DNA of 17,855 bases from assembly GCA_021399395.1 (NCBI GenBank), contig JAAFKJ010000084.1:1-17855 (forward strand), given 5' to 3'. How positions within the stretch are numbered: the first letter of the stretch is position 1; the number at the start of each line of letters is the position of its first letter. This DNA comes from Candidatus Heimdallarchaeota archaeon (lineage in GTDB: Archaea; Asgardarchaeota; Heimdallarchaeia; Heimdallarchaeales; Heimdallarchaeaceae). This document shows, piece by piece, positions 1 through 8,334 of the stretch. The position numbers and the translations under genes are program-made. The notes under the pieces were generated by a model. It was not told where the DNA came from. It searched no databases and saw only the letters and a program-made list of their open reading frames with translations.

Positions 1-3
1 GAA

Positions 4-849
4 TTATTCTTGAGATAGAATAACTTTACCGTCCTTATGTTCGATATTTACTCTCCTTTGAACTTGCATATTTTCTACTATATGTCGGGGGAGTTGCACG
101 GATCCAAATCTATCTAAATATACTTCATGCATATCTCTAATTGTTTTGAGATCTTTAGTTGGGGAATAACCAGAGATTCTACCATTCACTATTTGTATAA
201 GTCTGTCTGTAGATTTAGCAACATCAAAATCATGTGTAACCATAATCGCGGTTATTCCATGTGATTCATTCAAACTCTTAAAGAATTTGAGTAACTCTCC
301 AGAGGTTTTTGAATCAAGCTCTCCAGTTGGTTCATCTGCGAGAAGTATTTCAGGTTCATGAGCTAGAGCACAAGCCAAACCAGCTCGTTGAACCTCTCCT
401 CCAGAAAGTTGTCCAGGACGATGGTGAGCTCTGTTTAGTAAACCTACTTCTTCTAATAAATTAGTGGCACGTTTAATCCTCTCTTCTCTCTGATGTCCCA
501 TTAACCTTAAGGGAATCTCAATATTCTGTTGAATGTCAATTTCCCAGATGAGATTTCTATTAGGGATTTGCCATAATGTACCAACCTTTGTTCTTCTGTA
601 TAAGTTACGTGCTTCTTCATTTAATCGGTCTAGTCTAACATCCCCTATACGAACAAAACCTGCAGTAGGTTCGGCCATTCCAGATAGAATGAGAAGGAGA
701 GTAGTTTTTCCACTCCCCGAAGGTCCAATAATTGAGATAAATTCTCCCTGCTCTATTTCTAATTCAATTCCTCTTAAAGCTGGAATTCTGTAATAAGTCT
801 CCTTTGCTTGATAGACTTTTATCAAATCTCTGATTTCTATATATGCCAT
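4..849 (-). CDS. ABC transporter ATP-binding subunit (LolD/MacB family) with short C-terminal AbrB-like extension
   Basis: Walker A GPSGSGKTT, Q-loop LWQ, signature LSGGE, Walker B ILLADEPTG, H-loop MVTHD. The tail VYLDRFGSVQLP...RVNIE..DGKVIL has a swapped-hairpin (AbrB-like) pattern. Starts 8 bp downstream of the permease stop. Confidence 0.95.
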   Translation of the reverse strand: MAYIEIRDLIKVYQAKETYYRIPALRGIELEIEQGEFISIIGPSGSGKTTLLLILSGMAEPTAGFVRIGDVRLDRLNEEARNLYRRTKVGTLWQIPNRNLIWEIDIQQNIEIPLRLMGHQREERIKRATNLLEEVGLLNRAHHRPGQLSGGEVQRAGLACALAHEPEILLADEPTGELDSKTSGELLKFFKSLNESHGITAIMVTHDFDVAKSTDRLIQIVNGRISGYSPTKDLKTIRDMHEVYLDRFGSVQLPRHIVENMQVQRRVNIEHKDGKVILSQE

Positions 850-857
850 AATTTCAC

Positions 858-3800
858 CTATGCAGATTGTCTTAATTCAGTACCTACTTCAGTCTTCGAC
901 ATGGTCATTGTCGGTATAACAGCTCCAGCTAATGAAGCAGCTAGCAATATCGATAGTACTATCGCTATCTGTCCTATTGGGAATTTCATATGATATGAAG
1001 GTATGTTACGATTAATGGACAGAATGGACATTAACAGAATGGAAGCAATGAAACCAATAACCAATCCCATGATTGTACTGAAAGAAAGCATAGTCGCATA
1101 AATTGATATGAAATATTTGTTGAGTTGACCTGAAGAAATTCCAATTGCTTTCATTGTAGCTAGCTCTTTATTCTTGTCAATTAGCTGTATTGATGCAAAT
1201 AAGCCTAAAATTATTGCATTTATTGCAAATGACATCAGTAATGTAGAATTAATTGCTGAATACAATATTGATGATCTAGGACTGTCCGGTTTTACGAATA
1301 ATTGTCTTTCTACATCATAAACCACACTACTTCCTACTAAGGGTGCAATTTCATCAGCAGTATCCGAGATATCATATCCGTCTTTCACTTTTACATAAAG
1401 ATAATTAATAGAACTCAGATAATTATATTGCAAGAAATCCATAATGTTCAACGGAGCAACAAAATGGAAATAAGTAGCTCTTACATTATCCAAGATTAAA
1501 GATGTCAAAAATTGTGGCCATACATTGTAAGTATCGAGAAACTTGAAAGTCACTTCAGTATAGAAAAAAGGTGATCCAAATGCATCTCTGTTGCTTTCAT
1601 TATATGCCCAGTAAGTCATGGTCATTTCACTGCCTTTTGTATAACCAAAGAGCTCAAGTTCATCAACTTGTCCAATCACATAAGAAGAGTTTACATCGCG
1701 AGCATAAGCTAAATCATCTAGTATCTCGTCTAATGGTGTTTGACTGAAATCATCTCTGAAGTGTGCTGCTTGTTTATACGTGTCTGGATCTATCGCGAGA
1801 ATAGATACAGTCGTAGTTAGTCCCTGAGGATCCCGAATGTTTACAAAGCGTACTATTGAAGTTGCTTCAACTTGTTCCATATTTTCTAACGTTTCTTTTA
1901 GAACCGGGTCTTCTAGTGGAAAATTTCTTATCAATATATCTGATCCAAGATCATATTGAGCCCCTTCATAATTGAAATCTTGATACGTGTAAGGTACAAC
2001 AATAGACGTTACAACAAGTGAAAATGATAGACAAAGAATAATTGAAGAACGCGAATAACTCTTTTGATACCTAAATATTTCTCTTAAGCTCAATGAAGGT
2101 ATATCCAGTCTCAATTTTATACTCACTCTGATTAATAATTTGGCAAACAGTGGTAGAAGCCTTTGCGCAGCAAGAATTAATCCGAACAGTAATAACACAA
2201 TTGCAGGTATGCCAATATACCTAGCCGTTCTATACTTGAATTCTGCAAGTGCTGGCATCTCATAAATATACCATAATGCTATTCCTACAACTGCTATAGC
2301 GACATCGACATAGTATTTGTAAAATGCAGGTAATTTTTTCTCAACCTTTCCGTAATCATCTATATTCCTTTTACGTAAAAGTGTAATTGTATTGAATAAT
2401 TGAATTAGAATAATGGCGCCTATACTACCAAAAACTGCTACAGAAACAGAAGATAACTCTATTGTCAATGGAATTGAATCATTATTAAAAGACAAATACC
2501 CTGAACTTCTAGTTAGAAGAGAGGCTATGGGGATTCCACCTGCCACACCAACTGCTAGTGAAACAGTTCCAACTATAAAAGATTCGAGAGATAAATAAGA
2601 TCCTATTTCTACTCTACTTGTACCTCTATCTGCAAGTATAGTTAATTGCCGATCTCTTTTCTTTCTAACAAGGTTTGCAGCATAAACTGTAAGTATAACC
2701 GTAAGAGCTATAATTGGTGCTAGAAATGCAAGCATAAAAGTTTGATAGAGATTGTATTCATTACGGAATTGCTCTATCAGATTTATTAGAGGAGATGTAA
2801 TTCTTACAGAAAGATATGCAGCAAATGTAAGATAAGATTCTTTCAATTCATTTCCCAAAATTTTCAGTTTAGTTATCTCGTCTTGTAATTTGAAAGCATC
2901 AATTTCTGTAACATCATAAAATAAATCTTCTATTATATCGCCTGTACCAACAGTTTTGGCGATATCATGTAATCTATTAGCAGCAATTGGCCACAAGGAG
3001 ATTACTGCAGCAGAATCTGTTAGCTCTAGAACTGTTTCAAGGGGAATTCCATACTGATATTCTAGAACATTATATTTCTGTAAATCATCAAGAAAGATTA
3101 TACCAGTTACATTGACAACTGTTTGTGCCCCCGGATCAGTAAGAGAGTCTTCAATATCCAAAGAAACCGGGATATATAGATCAAGTGGGGAATATGGGTC
3201 AATAGTTGAATGGTTGTAGAAATCACGAGTCATCAGTACTAGAACTTGATCATCTGAAAATGGTTCGGGAGCTGTACCATTCGCAATATTTTGTTCTAGA
3301 TAGGTCCATAATTTCCCATGCGTACCATATAAAGGCATATTTGGTAATATTGACTCATTATACAATGGATCAAAGGTTTGCGTAAACGTTGATCTTCTAA
3401 AGAAAAGATCAATTTGCGAAACTCTATCCGTCACATTTGCAAACTCAACTGCAAGTTCAGCGATTCTAGCAAAACTATTGTAATGATCGTAAGTTGCTCC
3501 AATATTAACAGATTCTACTTCGACTTGAACGTATCTCCGATCTTCCTCTGCTAAATATAAATCAAATGCTTGGAATTGATAAGAGTAGATAAAGAAAACA
3601 TATTGAGTAATAACTGATACAGCTAATGTTACTCCTACTGAAGAGATCAAAGCGTATTTCCACCCTGCTTTGAAGAGAGGTTTGAACAGATGTAATCCGG
3701 GTAGGAAAAACATTGTAACTATATCTACGATTGGGAGAATCACAAGAATTATCGGGGATAGAACCCACATTAGAATAAACATAAATCTTTGATAATTAGC

Positions 3801-3914
3801 CATTTCTGCCAGTTTTGAATTGAATAAAAAGCTGTAAAATGATCTTGTTGTTATAAAGAAATTCTGAAGTAAGTAACGCCTAGACTTCTTTAATCCATTA
3901 CTGTCTCTCTTCAT
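858..3914 (-). CDS. Large tandem FtsX/MacB-type ABC transporter permease
   Basis: 1018 aa with two halves, each a TM + large soluble loop + 3-TM block. FtsX-like motifs RDRQLTILADRGTSR and KNKELATMKAIGIS, and a C-terminal ELRQ. Adjacent to the ATPase gene. Confidence 0.92.
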   Translation of the reverse strand: MKRDSNGLKKSRRYLLQNFFITTRSFYSFLFNSKLAEMANYQRFMFILMWVLSPIILVILPIVDIVTMFFLPGLHLFKPLFKAGWKYALISSVGVTLAVSVITQYVFFIYSYQFQAFDLYLAEEDRRYVQVEVESVNIGATYDHYNSFARIAELAVEFANVTDRVSQIDLFFRRSTFTQTFDPLYNESILPNMPLYGTHGKLWTYLEQNIANGTAPEPFSDDQVLVLMTRDFYNHSTIDPYSPLDLYIPVSLDIEDSLTDPGAQTVVNVTGIIFLDDLQKYNVLEYQYGIPLETVLELTDSAAVISLWPIAANRLHDIAKTVGTGDIIEDLFYDVTEIDAFKLQDEITKLKILGNELKESYLTFAAYLSVRITSPLINLIEQFRNEYNLYQTFMLAFLAPIIALTVILTVYAANLVRKKRDRQLTILADRGTSRVEIGSYLSLESFIVGTVSLAVGVAGGIPIASLLTRSSGYLSFNNDSIPLTIELSSVSVAVFGSIGAIILIQLFNTITLLRKRNIDDYGKVEKKLPAFYKYYVDVAIAVVGIALWYIYEMPALAEFKYRTARYIGIPAIVLLLFGLILAAQRLLPLFAKLLIRVSIKLRLDIPSLSLREIFRYQKSYSRSSIILCLSFSLVVTSIVVPYTYQDFNYEGAQYDLGSDILIRNFPLEDPVLKETLENMEQVEATSIVRFVNIRDPQGLTTTVSILAIDPDTYKQAAHFRDDFSQTPLDEILDDLAYARDVNSSYVIGQVDELELFGYTKGSEMTMTYWAYNESNRDAFGSPFFYTEVTFKFLDTYNVWPQFLTSLILDNVRATYFHFVAPLNIMDFLQYNYLSSINYLYVKVKDGYDISDTADEIAPLVGSSVVYDVERQLFVKPDSPRSSILYSAINSTLLMSFAINAIILGLFASIQLIDKNKELATMKAIGISSGQLNKYFISIYATMLSFSTIMGLVIGFIASILLMSILSINRNIPSYHMKFPIGQIAIVLSILLAASLAGAVIPTMTMSKTEVGTELRQSA

Positions 3915-3967
3915 TAATTTGGTGCAATAACATACACCTATAAGCCTTTTTCTTTCACCAGATAAAT

Positions 3968-3982
3968 CTTATAAATGTTTTT
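3968..3982 (-). promoter_or_regulatory. Putative archaeal BRE/TATA promoter for the ABC permease operon
   Basis: Minus strand reads AAAAACATTTATAAG (purine-rich run then TTTATAA), about 55 nt upstream of the ATG at 3914. Weak evidence in AT-rich DNA. Confidence 0.35.
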
Positions 3983-4002
3983 AGTTTCTTATTTTTGCCG
4001 AC

Positions 4003-4055
4003 AATTCGAATAATTCGAATAATACGAAAGGTTCAAATATTCGAACAATTCAGAT
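4003..4055. repeat. Degenerate ~9-bp tandem repeat with TTCGAA palindromic core; putative operator array
   Basis: AATTCGAAT (4003-4011), AATTCGAAT (4012-4020), AATACGAAA (4021-4029), GGTTCAAAT (4030-4038), ATTCGAAC (4039-4046), AATTCAGAT (4047-4055). Confidence 0.7.
4026..4039 (+). promoter_or_regulatory. Putative BRE/TATA-like promoter of the AAA+-wHTH gene
   Basis: GAAAGGTTCAAATA resembles the archaeal BRE-TATA consensus (GAAAAnTTTAAATA) and lies about 40 nt upstream of the ATG codons at 4078/4084. Confidence 0.4.
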
Positions 4056-4077
4056 GTTGTCTGGATAATATTCTGTG

Positions 4078-5304
4078 ATGCTGATGGATAAATTCGAGAA
4101 GCTAGCTTTAGAGGCGATTGAAGAGAGTAAAACCAGCACTTATACTCCTCAAGATCCATTTGCCTCTTTTGGCTTCAATGCCAATCCATTTCTTGAAACA
4201 ACTATTGAAGAATTACAGAATGAGGAGTGTATTGAATCTAGATTCAGAGTTGTTATCAAATATATTAACAAGGTCTATAATAGTTTTAAAGAGAATTACA
4301 GCGAGAATAAAAGCAATGACAATATCATAATGGATGGAGTTCTGTATGGTTCAAGCCAATCAGGAATGAGTACACTAATTTCGTTATCACATCAATATTT
4401 AGTCAAGGTTCATAAAGAATTAACTAACGCTGTTTATACTGATGCATATGAATTGGTTGAATTTGAAGACAATCAATATTCAATTGCCAAAACCTTCCAG
4501 AATTTCAGGAATCACATAGGGGGACAGAGTACAGAAGGAGATGCAATTCCTCTACTGATTGTAGACCATGCTGATTTCTTAATTGAGTTCTTCGAAGATT
4601 TTCGATACAGTATAGATAGAGATTTTCAAAATACACCAATAGTATTTATCTTCTCTCAAGCGGGTTGGACTAGGTTAAAAAACGAATTAGCATTTTCAGA
4701 ATATGATTTAATCAACCATATGGTTCCAAGTCAAAAAATCAGTTCGCTTAATGAAGATGAAATATTCGAAATTCTTAGTTTGAAACTATCTAAAGACGGA
4801 CAAATACTAAATCCATTTTCTCATGAAATTTTAAAAGCTATATCAAAAAAGTCTAGTGGGAGTTTAATAAATGCCATTAAGATTTGCTCCAAAGTTTGTG
4901 ATGAGTGTTTCATTAACGGTTTAGATGTTGCATCTTTATCTTTTGTTAATGACATTACATCGTTGTTAGCAATAGATGTCAACAAAGAGTTTTTCGATCT
5001 TGTAACGCTTAATGACAATACTCAAACTTTTGTACTTTCTTTAATTGCCATGAAGTCAATTGCATATGATTTTGGAATAACTTATGATGATATTGTTAAT
5101 AATCTAGGCATCCAAAAGAATTCAGCGTCTCATCACCTCAAACAGCTTCAAGAGAAAAGATATCTTATTAAACGAACAGTAAATAGGAAGGCATTTTATC
5201 GATTAAGAGACGAATTGAAAACCCTCGCAGACACTTACTTGATGAAGAGTTTTGAACAGAAAGAGACACTTGTCCGATTAGAGAGTATTTCCGATTTAAT
5301 CTAA
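4078..5304 (+). CDS. AAA+/P-loop fold protein with C-terminal winged helix (Cdc6/Orc1- or ExeA-like architecture), probably catalytically inactive
   Basis: N-terminal DPFASFGFNANPF, P-loop-like VLYGSSQSGMST, Walker B-like LLIVDHAD, lid region PFSHEILKAISKKSSGSLINAIKIC, and C-terminal ArsR/MarR-like wHTH (ITYDDIVNNLGIQKNSASHHLKQLQEKRYL...RKAFYRL). Start is uncertain (GTG 4075, ATG 4078 or ATG 4084). Confidence 0.8.
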   Translation: MLMDKFEKLALEAIEESKTSTYTPQDPFASFGFNANPFLETTIEELQNEECIESRFRVVIKYINKVYNSFKENYSENKSNDNIIMDGVLYGSSQSGMSTLISLSHQYLVKVHKELTNAVYTDAYELVEFEDNQYSIAKTFQNFRNHIGGQSTEGDAIPLLIVDHADFLIEFFEDFRYSIDRDFQNTPIVFIFSQAGWTRLKNELAFSEYDLINHMVPSQKISSLNEDEIFEILSLKLSKDGQILNPFSHEILKAISKKSSGSLINAIKICSKVCDECFINGLDVASLSFVNDITSLLAIDVNKEFFDLVTLNDNTQTFVLSLIAMKSIAYDFGITYDDIVNNLGIQKNSASHHLKQLQEKRYLIKRTVNRKAFYRLRDELKTLADTYLMKSFEQKETLVRLESISDLI

Positions 5305-5832
5305 TCATTCAATCGAAAACACAAGGTCAGCAGTTTTCTTTACTGCCACACTAAAACCTGGTTCAAACCCTATAACCACTGTTTCTATACCTTTTTCCTT
5401 CACTTTTAGCAAAATTGGAGAGATTCTAGCATGCCTTGAAGCAATTACAATGATATCAGGTTTGATTCCTTTTTCTATTACTTTCATTATCTCTATAGAC
5501 ATCAAAATATAGATATTTTGAGGACTGACAATTGGTTCATATCCACTGTTTGTAATTGCTTTAATCAAATTATCAGTTGCAAATTCATTGAGGAAGACTT
5601 TTCTTACAACTGCATTCCCCATGTTTTCAATTTTATCATCAATTTCCTCTAATCGTATTTGTCTATTTTTGACTTTGCGTAAGAAATTTGGTCCATCTAC
5701 AAATACAGCCAATTTTTTTTCACTTGAAATGCGCAAACGCAGATTCTGAATATAAGAACTATTTAAAATTCTATTAGTGATTCTTTCAACTAACTTTTTC
5801 TCTTCAGCAGTTTCTTCTTCTATTTCAGCCAT
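5305..5832 (-). CDS. NYN/LabA-DUF88 domain protein (archaeal TIGR00288-like) with degenerate active site
   Basis: LAVFVDGPNFLRK, KVFLNEFATDNLIKAITNSGYEPI and KEKGIETVVIGFEPGFSVAVKKTAD match the family pattern. I prefer the ATG at 5832 over the GTG at 5841. Confidence 0.88.
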   Translation of the reverse strand: MAEIEEETAEEKKLVERITNRILNSSYIQNLRLRISSEKKLAVFVDGPNFLRKVKNRQIRLEEIDDKIENMGNAVVRKVFLNEFATDNLIKAITNSGYEPIVSPQNIYILMSIEIMKVIEKGIKPDIIVIASRHARISPILLKVKEKGIETVVIGFEPGFSVAVKKTADLVFSIE

Positions 5833-5880
5833 AATAATCACATGAGATAAAAAGAATAAAAGAATGGAAAACTAAGCGGT

Positions 5881-7509
5881 TTAAGTTTCCTCTTCTTTTT
5901 CCTCTTCATATGAAAGAGGTGGTGTTAAAAGAGCAGTTGATTCGATAAAAGTTTTCCCAGATTCGATGTTCTGTTTAATGTAACCAAAATAATCTAATTC
6001 GAACACATATTTTGAAGCCACTTCATCTGGAACATTGAGCATCTTTGACAATTCTTCCTTAGCCAAAGGTCTTTGGAAATCATTTAAGAGATACAGAATA
6101 CGATATTTTGGATCAGTATTCAAGAACGCTTCTACAGATTTTAAGGATTTGTTCAAAGTATCTATTCTCTTCTTTAATCGTTGAATATCCAGTTCATATT
6201 GATATTTCTCTTCTGAAGAGAGAGTTCCTTGTTTTTCCATTGTTTCTAGAGTGCTTTTAGTGGTAGTCAATTCCTTCTGAGATTCATTAAGCCTTGCTTT
6301 TAGATCTTCAATTGAATCTTGTCTTTCTAGGATTTGTTCCTCAACCTTTTCTCTTTCAGTAATGGATTTATCCGCAATGTCTCTAAATTCTTTTATTTCT
6401 GCTTCTTTTTCAGCAAATTGCAAAATTATTTCATCAGCTTGAGTTTGCAGCTTGTGGAGTTCTTGATCCTTCCCGCTGATTTCTTGTTGGAGTTCAACCA
6501 TTGTCTCAGCTAACCGCTCCATGTCTGAATCTTTTTGATGTAGCTGTTGTCTCAATTCAGTTACTTGTTCAGTATCTTCAGCTTTACCAGCAGCTTGATC
6601 TTGTATATCTTGAACTTGTTTCTTTAACGTATCAATTTGAGATGATTTTTGTTGAATGTCGATCTTTTGGTTTCGAACTGTATCTTCATGTTCAGCAACT
6701 TGGTTTCTTAGATTGAAGATAGTTTGTCGAGCATTATCTAATTGCTTTTGAAGATCGTCAAAAAGTGTATCTTCTTTAGAGATTGCTTCTGATGACATTG
6801 ATCTCAATCTTGTCTCCATTTCTTCAACATGCTGACTCATTGCATCTCTTTCAATTTTAATTCTGTTAAATTCTGACTGAAGATTGTTTTTCTCAAGACT
6901 TAGCTGATGCATTGTTCTGTCTTTATCCATAATGACTTGATCTCTTGCTTCAATTATGGTAGAATCAACGCCTACTGTTGTTGCTTTTTCAGACAATTCA
7001 CCTATTGCTTGATCTTTACTCTTAAGAACAGATTGCATGTCAGTGAACTCGTTTTGCAGTGAAATTGTTTCTGCTTTTAAGTTTCCAATTAGATCATTCA
7101 ATTCATCGAGTTTCAATGCGTCATCTTGAATTTTGGTTTCAAGTCCTGGAATTTTTGCTGCTTCCGTCCTGAGCTTTTCAAGTTCACCTAGCATTTCTTG
7201 AGTAATGAGTTTCGCATCTATGTATCCCTGTTCGATGCCTTGTCTAATTTTAGAAGTACTCTCTGTTACTACCATCAGGTGAATATCTCTTAGAAGACCA
7301 ACGTAACTGTTCTTGAAGTTTCTAATAATACCATCTACTTCCGAAACAGAATACTGCGCCTTTCCAGGAGCTAAAGAGTTACTTTTGATTTCTTCAGCTC
7401 GTGCTTTAGCTTGTTCTTCTGAAGTGACTCTGATAACTTTCATTTCACCTAGAAATTTCTTTACTAAAGAGCGCACTACACTAAAGGGACTTTCAGTTTC
7501 TATAGCCAT
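5881..7509 (-). CDS. Long coiled-coil protein with C-terminal winged helix
   Basis: About 350 aa of E/Q/K/L-rich heptads, then DPKYRILYLLNDFQRPLAKEELSKMLNVPDEVASKYVFELDYFGYIK (wHTH-like) and an acidic tail. No Walker motifs, so it is not a true SMC. Confidence 0.85.
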   Translation of the reverse strand: MAIETESPFSVVRSLVKKFLGEMKVIRVTSEEQAKARAEEIKSNSLAPGKAQYSVSEVDGIIRNFKNSYVGLLRDIHLMVVTESTSKIRQGIEQGYIDAKLITQEMLGELEKLRTEAAKIPGLETKIQDDALKLDELNDLIGNLKAETISLQNEFTDMQSVLKSKDQAIGELSEKATTVGVDSTIIEARDQVIMDKDRTMHQLSLEKNNLQSEFNRIKIERDAMSQHVEEMETRLRSMSSEAISKEDTLFDDLQKQLDNARQTIFNLRNQVAEHEDTVRNQKIDIQQKSSQIDTLKKQVQDIQDQAAGKAEDTEQVTELRQQLHQKDSDMERLAETMVELQQEISGKDQELHKLQTQADEIILQFAEKEAEIKEFRDIADKSITEREKVEEQILERQDSIEDLKARLNESQKELTTTKSTLETMEKQGTLSSEEKYQYELDIQRLKKRIDTLNKSLKSVEAFLNTDPKYRILYLLNDFQRPLAKEELSKMLNVPDEVASKYVFELDYFGYIKQNIESGKTFIESTALLTPPLSYEEEKEEET

Positions 7510-7608
7510 TTAATTCAGCTCAAAGCTTTTCTATAGAAGATATTTAGAGTTTTGAATATAAGAGTTTTTTCAGATATGCAGTTAAAAAATGAGTTTGAAC
7601 AAAGGTAG

Positions 7609-8292
7609 TTAATCAAGCTCTAGCGATAAATGAAATAAATTAAAACGAAATTCATCCATTTCTTGTAAAAAACCAGATAACTGAGAAAATGCTACGATGG
7701 GTGTATTTTGATGAAACTGAATATCATGATCCCTCCACGAGATAATTATGGGATAAAGAAGAATCTTTCTCTTTATTGGCAGTAGAAGCTTTGAAACTAG
7801 TTCTTCATACAGAATTGGAAACATTTCCAACAATACTTCAGTTCTCTCTTTCTGTTTTATAGCAGCTGTTTTCATACTCGATGAAGTTGGGTTCTTATAA
7901 TGCTTACAGTCAATCACAAAAAGATAAGGAAATTTGAATGCAAGAACATCGATTTCATATTTTGTAAATTCATCTTTGAATCTAAAATTTGTTTGAACTG
8001 TGTAATCCATTTTATCAAAAATAGCTGAAATTATGATTTCAAATCCCTTCCAGTCCAGAAACTCTGATATTGCCCCTAAATTTGATCCATATTCGATTAA
8101 TCTTAGGATTATCATACCTTTTGTTTTGTCAGAAAATTCAGAATTATTAAAGAAACTAGCTAAATCAATATCTAAAGAGCTTAAGATCATTTCACATTTT
8201 TCTTTAACAAGAACTGTAAGTTGTTCAAGTTTGATTTCTTTAGTACGAAATAAATGACTAAGAATCAAATTACTTGCTTCATCTAATTTCAC
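7609..8292 (-). CDS. PD-(D/E)XK restriction-endonuclease-like protein (Mrr_cat/NERD-like)
   Basis: LDWKGFE helix, then YEIDVLA ... VIDCKHY and a Q-containing helix (AAIKQ). This is the E...D...(D/E)xK catalytic layout. GTG start. Confidence 0.85.
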   Translation of the reverse strand: MKLDEASNLILSHLFRTKEIKLEQLTVLVKEKCEMILSSLDIDLASFFNNSEFSDKTKGMIILRLIEYGSNLGAISEFLDWKGFEIIISAIFDKMDYTVQTNFRFKDEFTKYEIDVLAFKFPYLFVIDCKHYKNPTSSSMKTAAIKQKERTEVLLEMFPILYEELVSKLLLPIKRKILLYPIIISWRDHDIQFHQNTPIVAFSQLSGFLQEMDEFRFNLFHLSLELD

Positions 8293-8334
8293 GATTTAAA
8301 AATATAAAAAGACGTTTTTAAGGTTCTGGTTCAA

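Noticed and set aside
4003-4055. CRISPR array or canonical ORB origin
   Set aside because: Units are 9 bp with no spacers, no cas genes are present, and there is no ORB consensus or G-string.
5881-7509. SMC/Rad50 annotation for the coiled-coil protein
   Set aside because: No Walker A/B, signature motif, hinge or zinc hook is visible.
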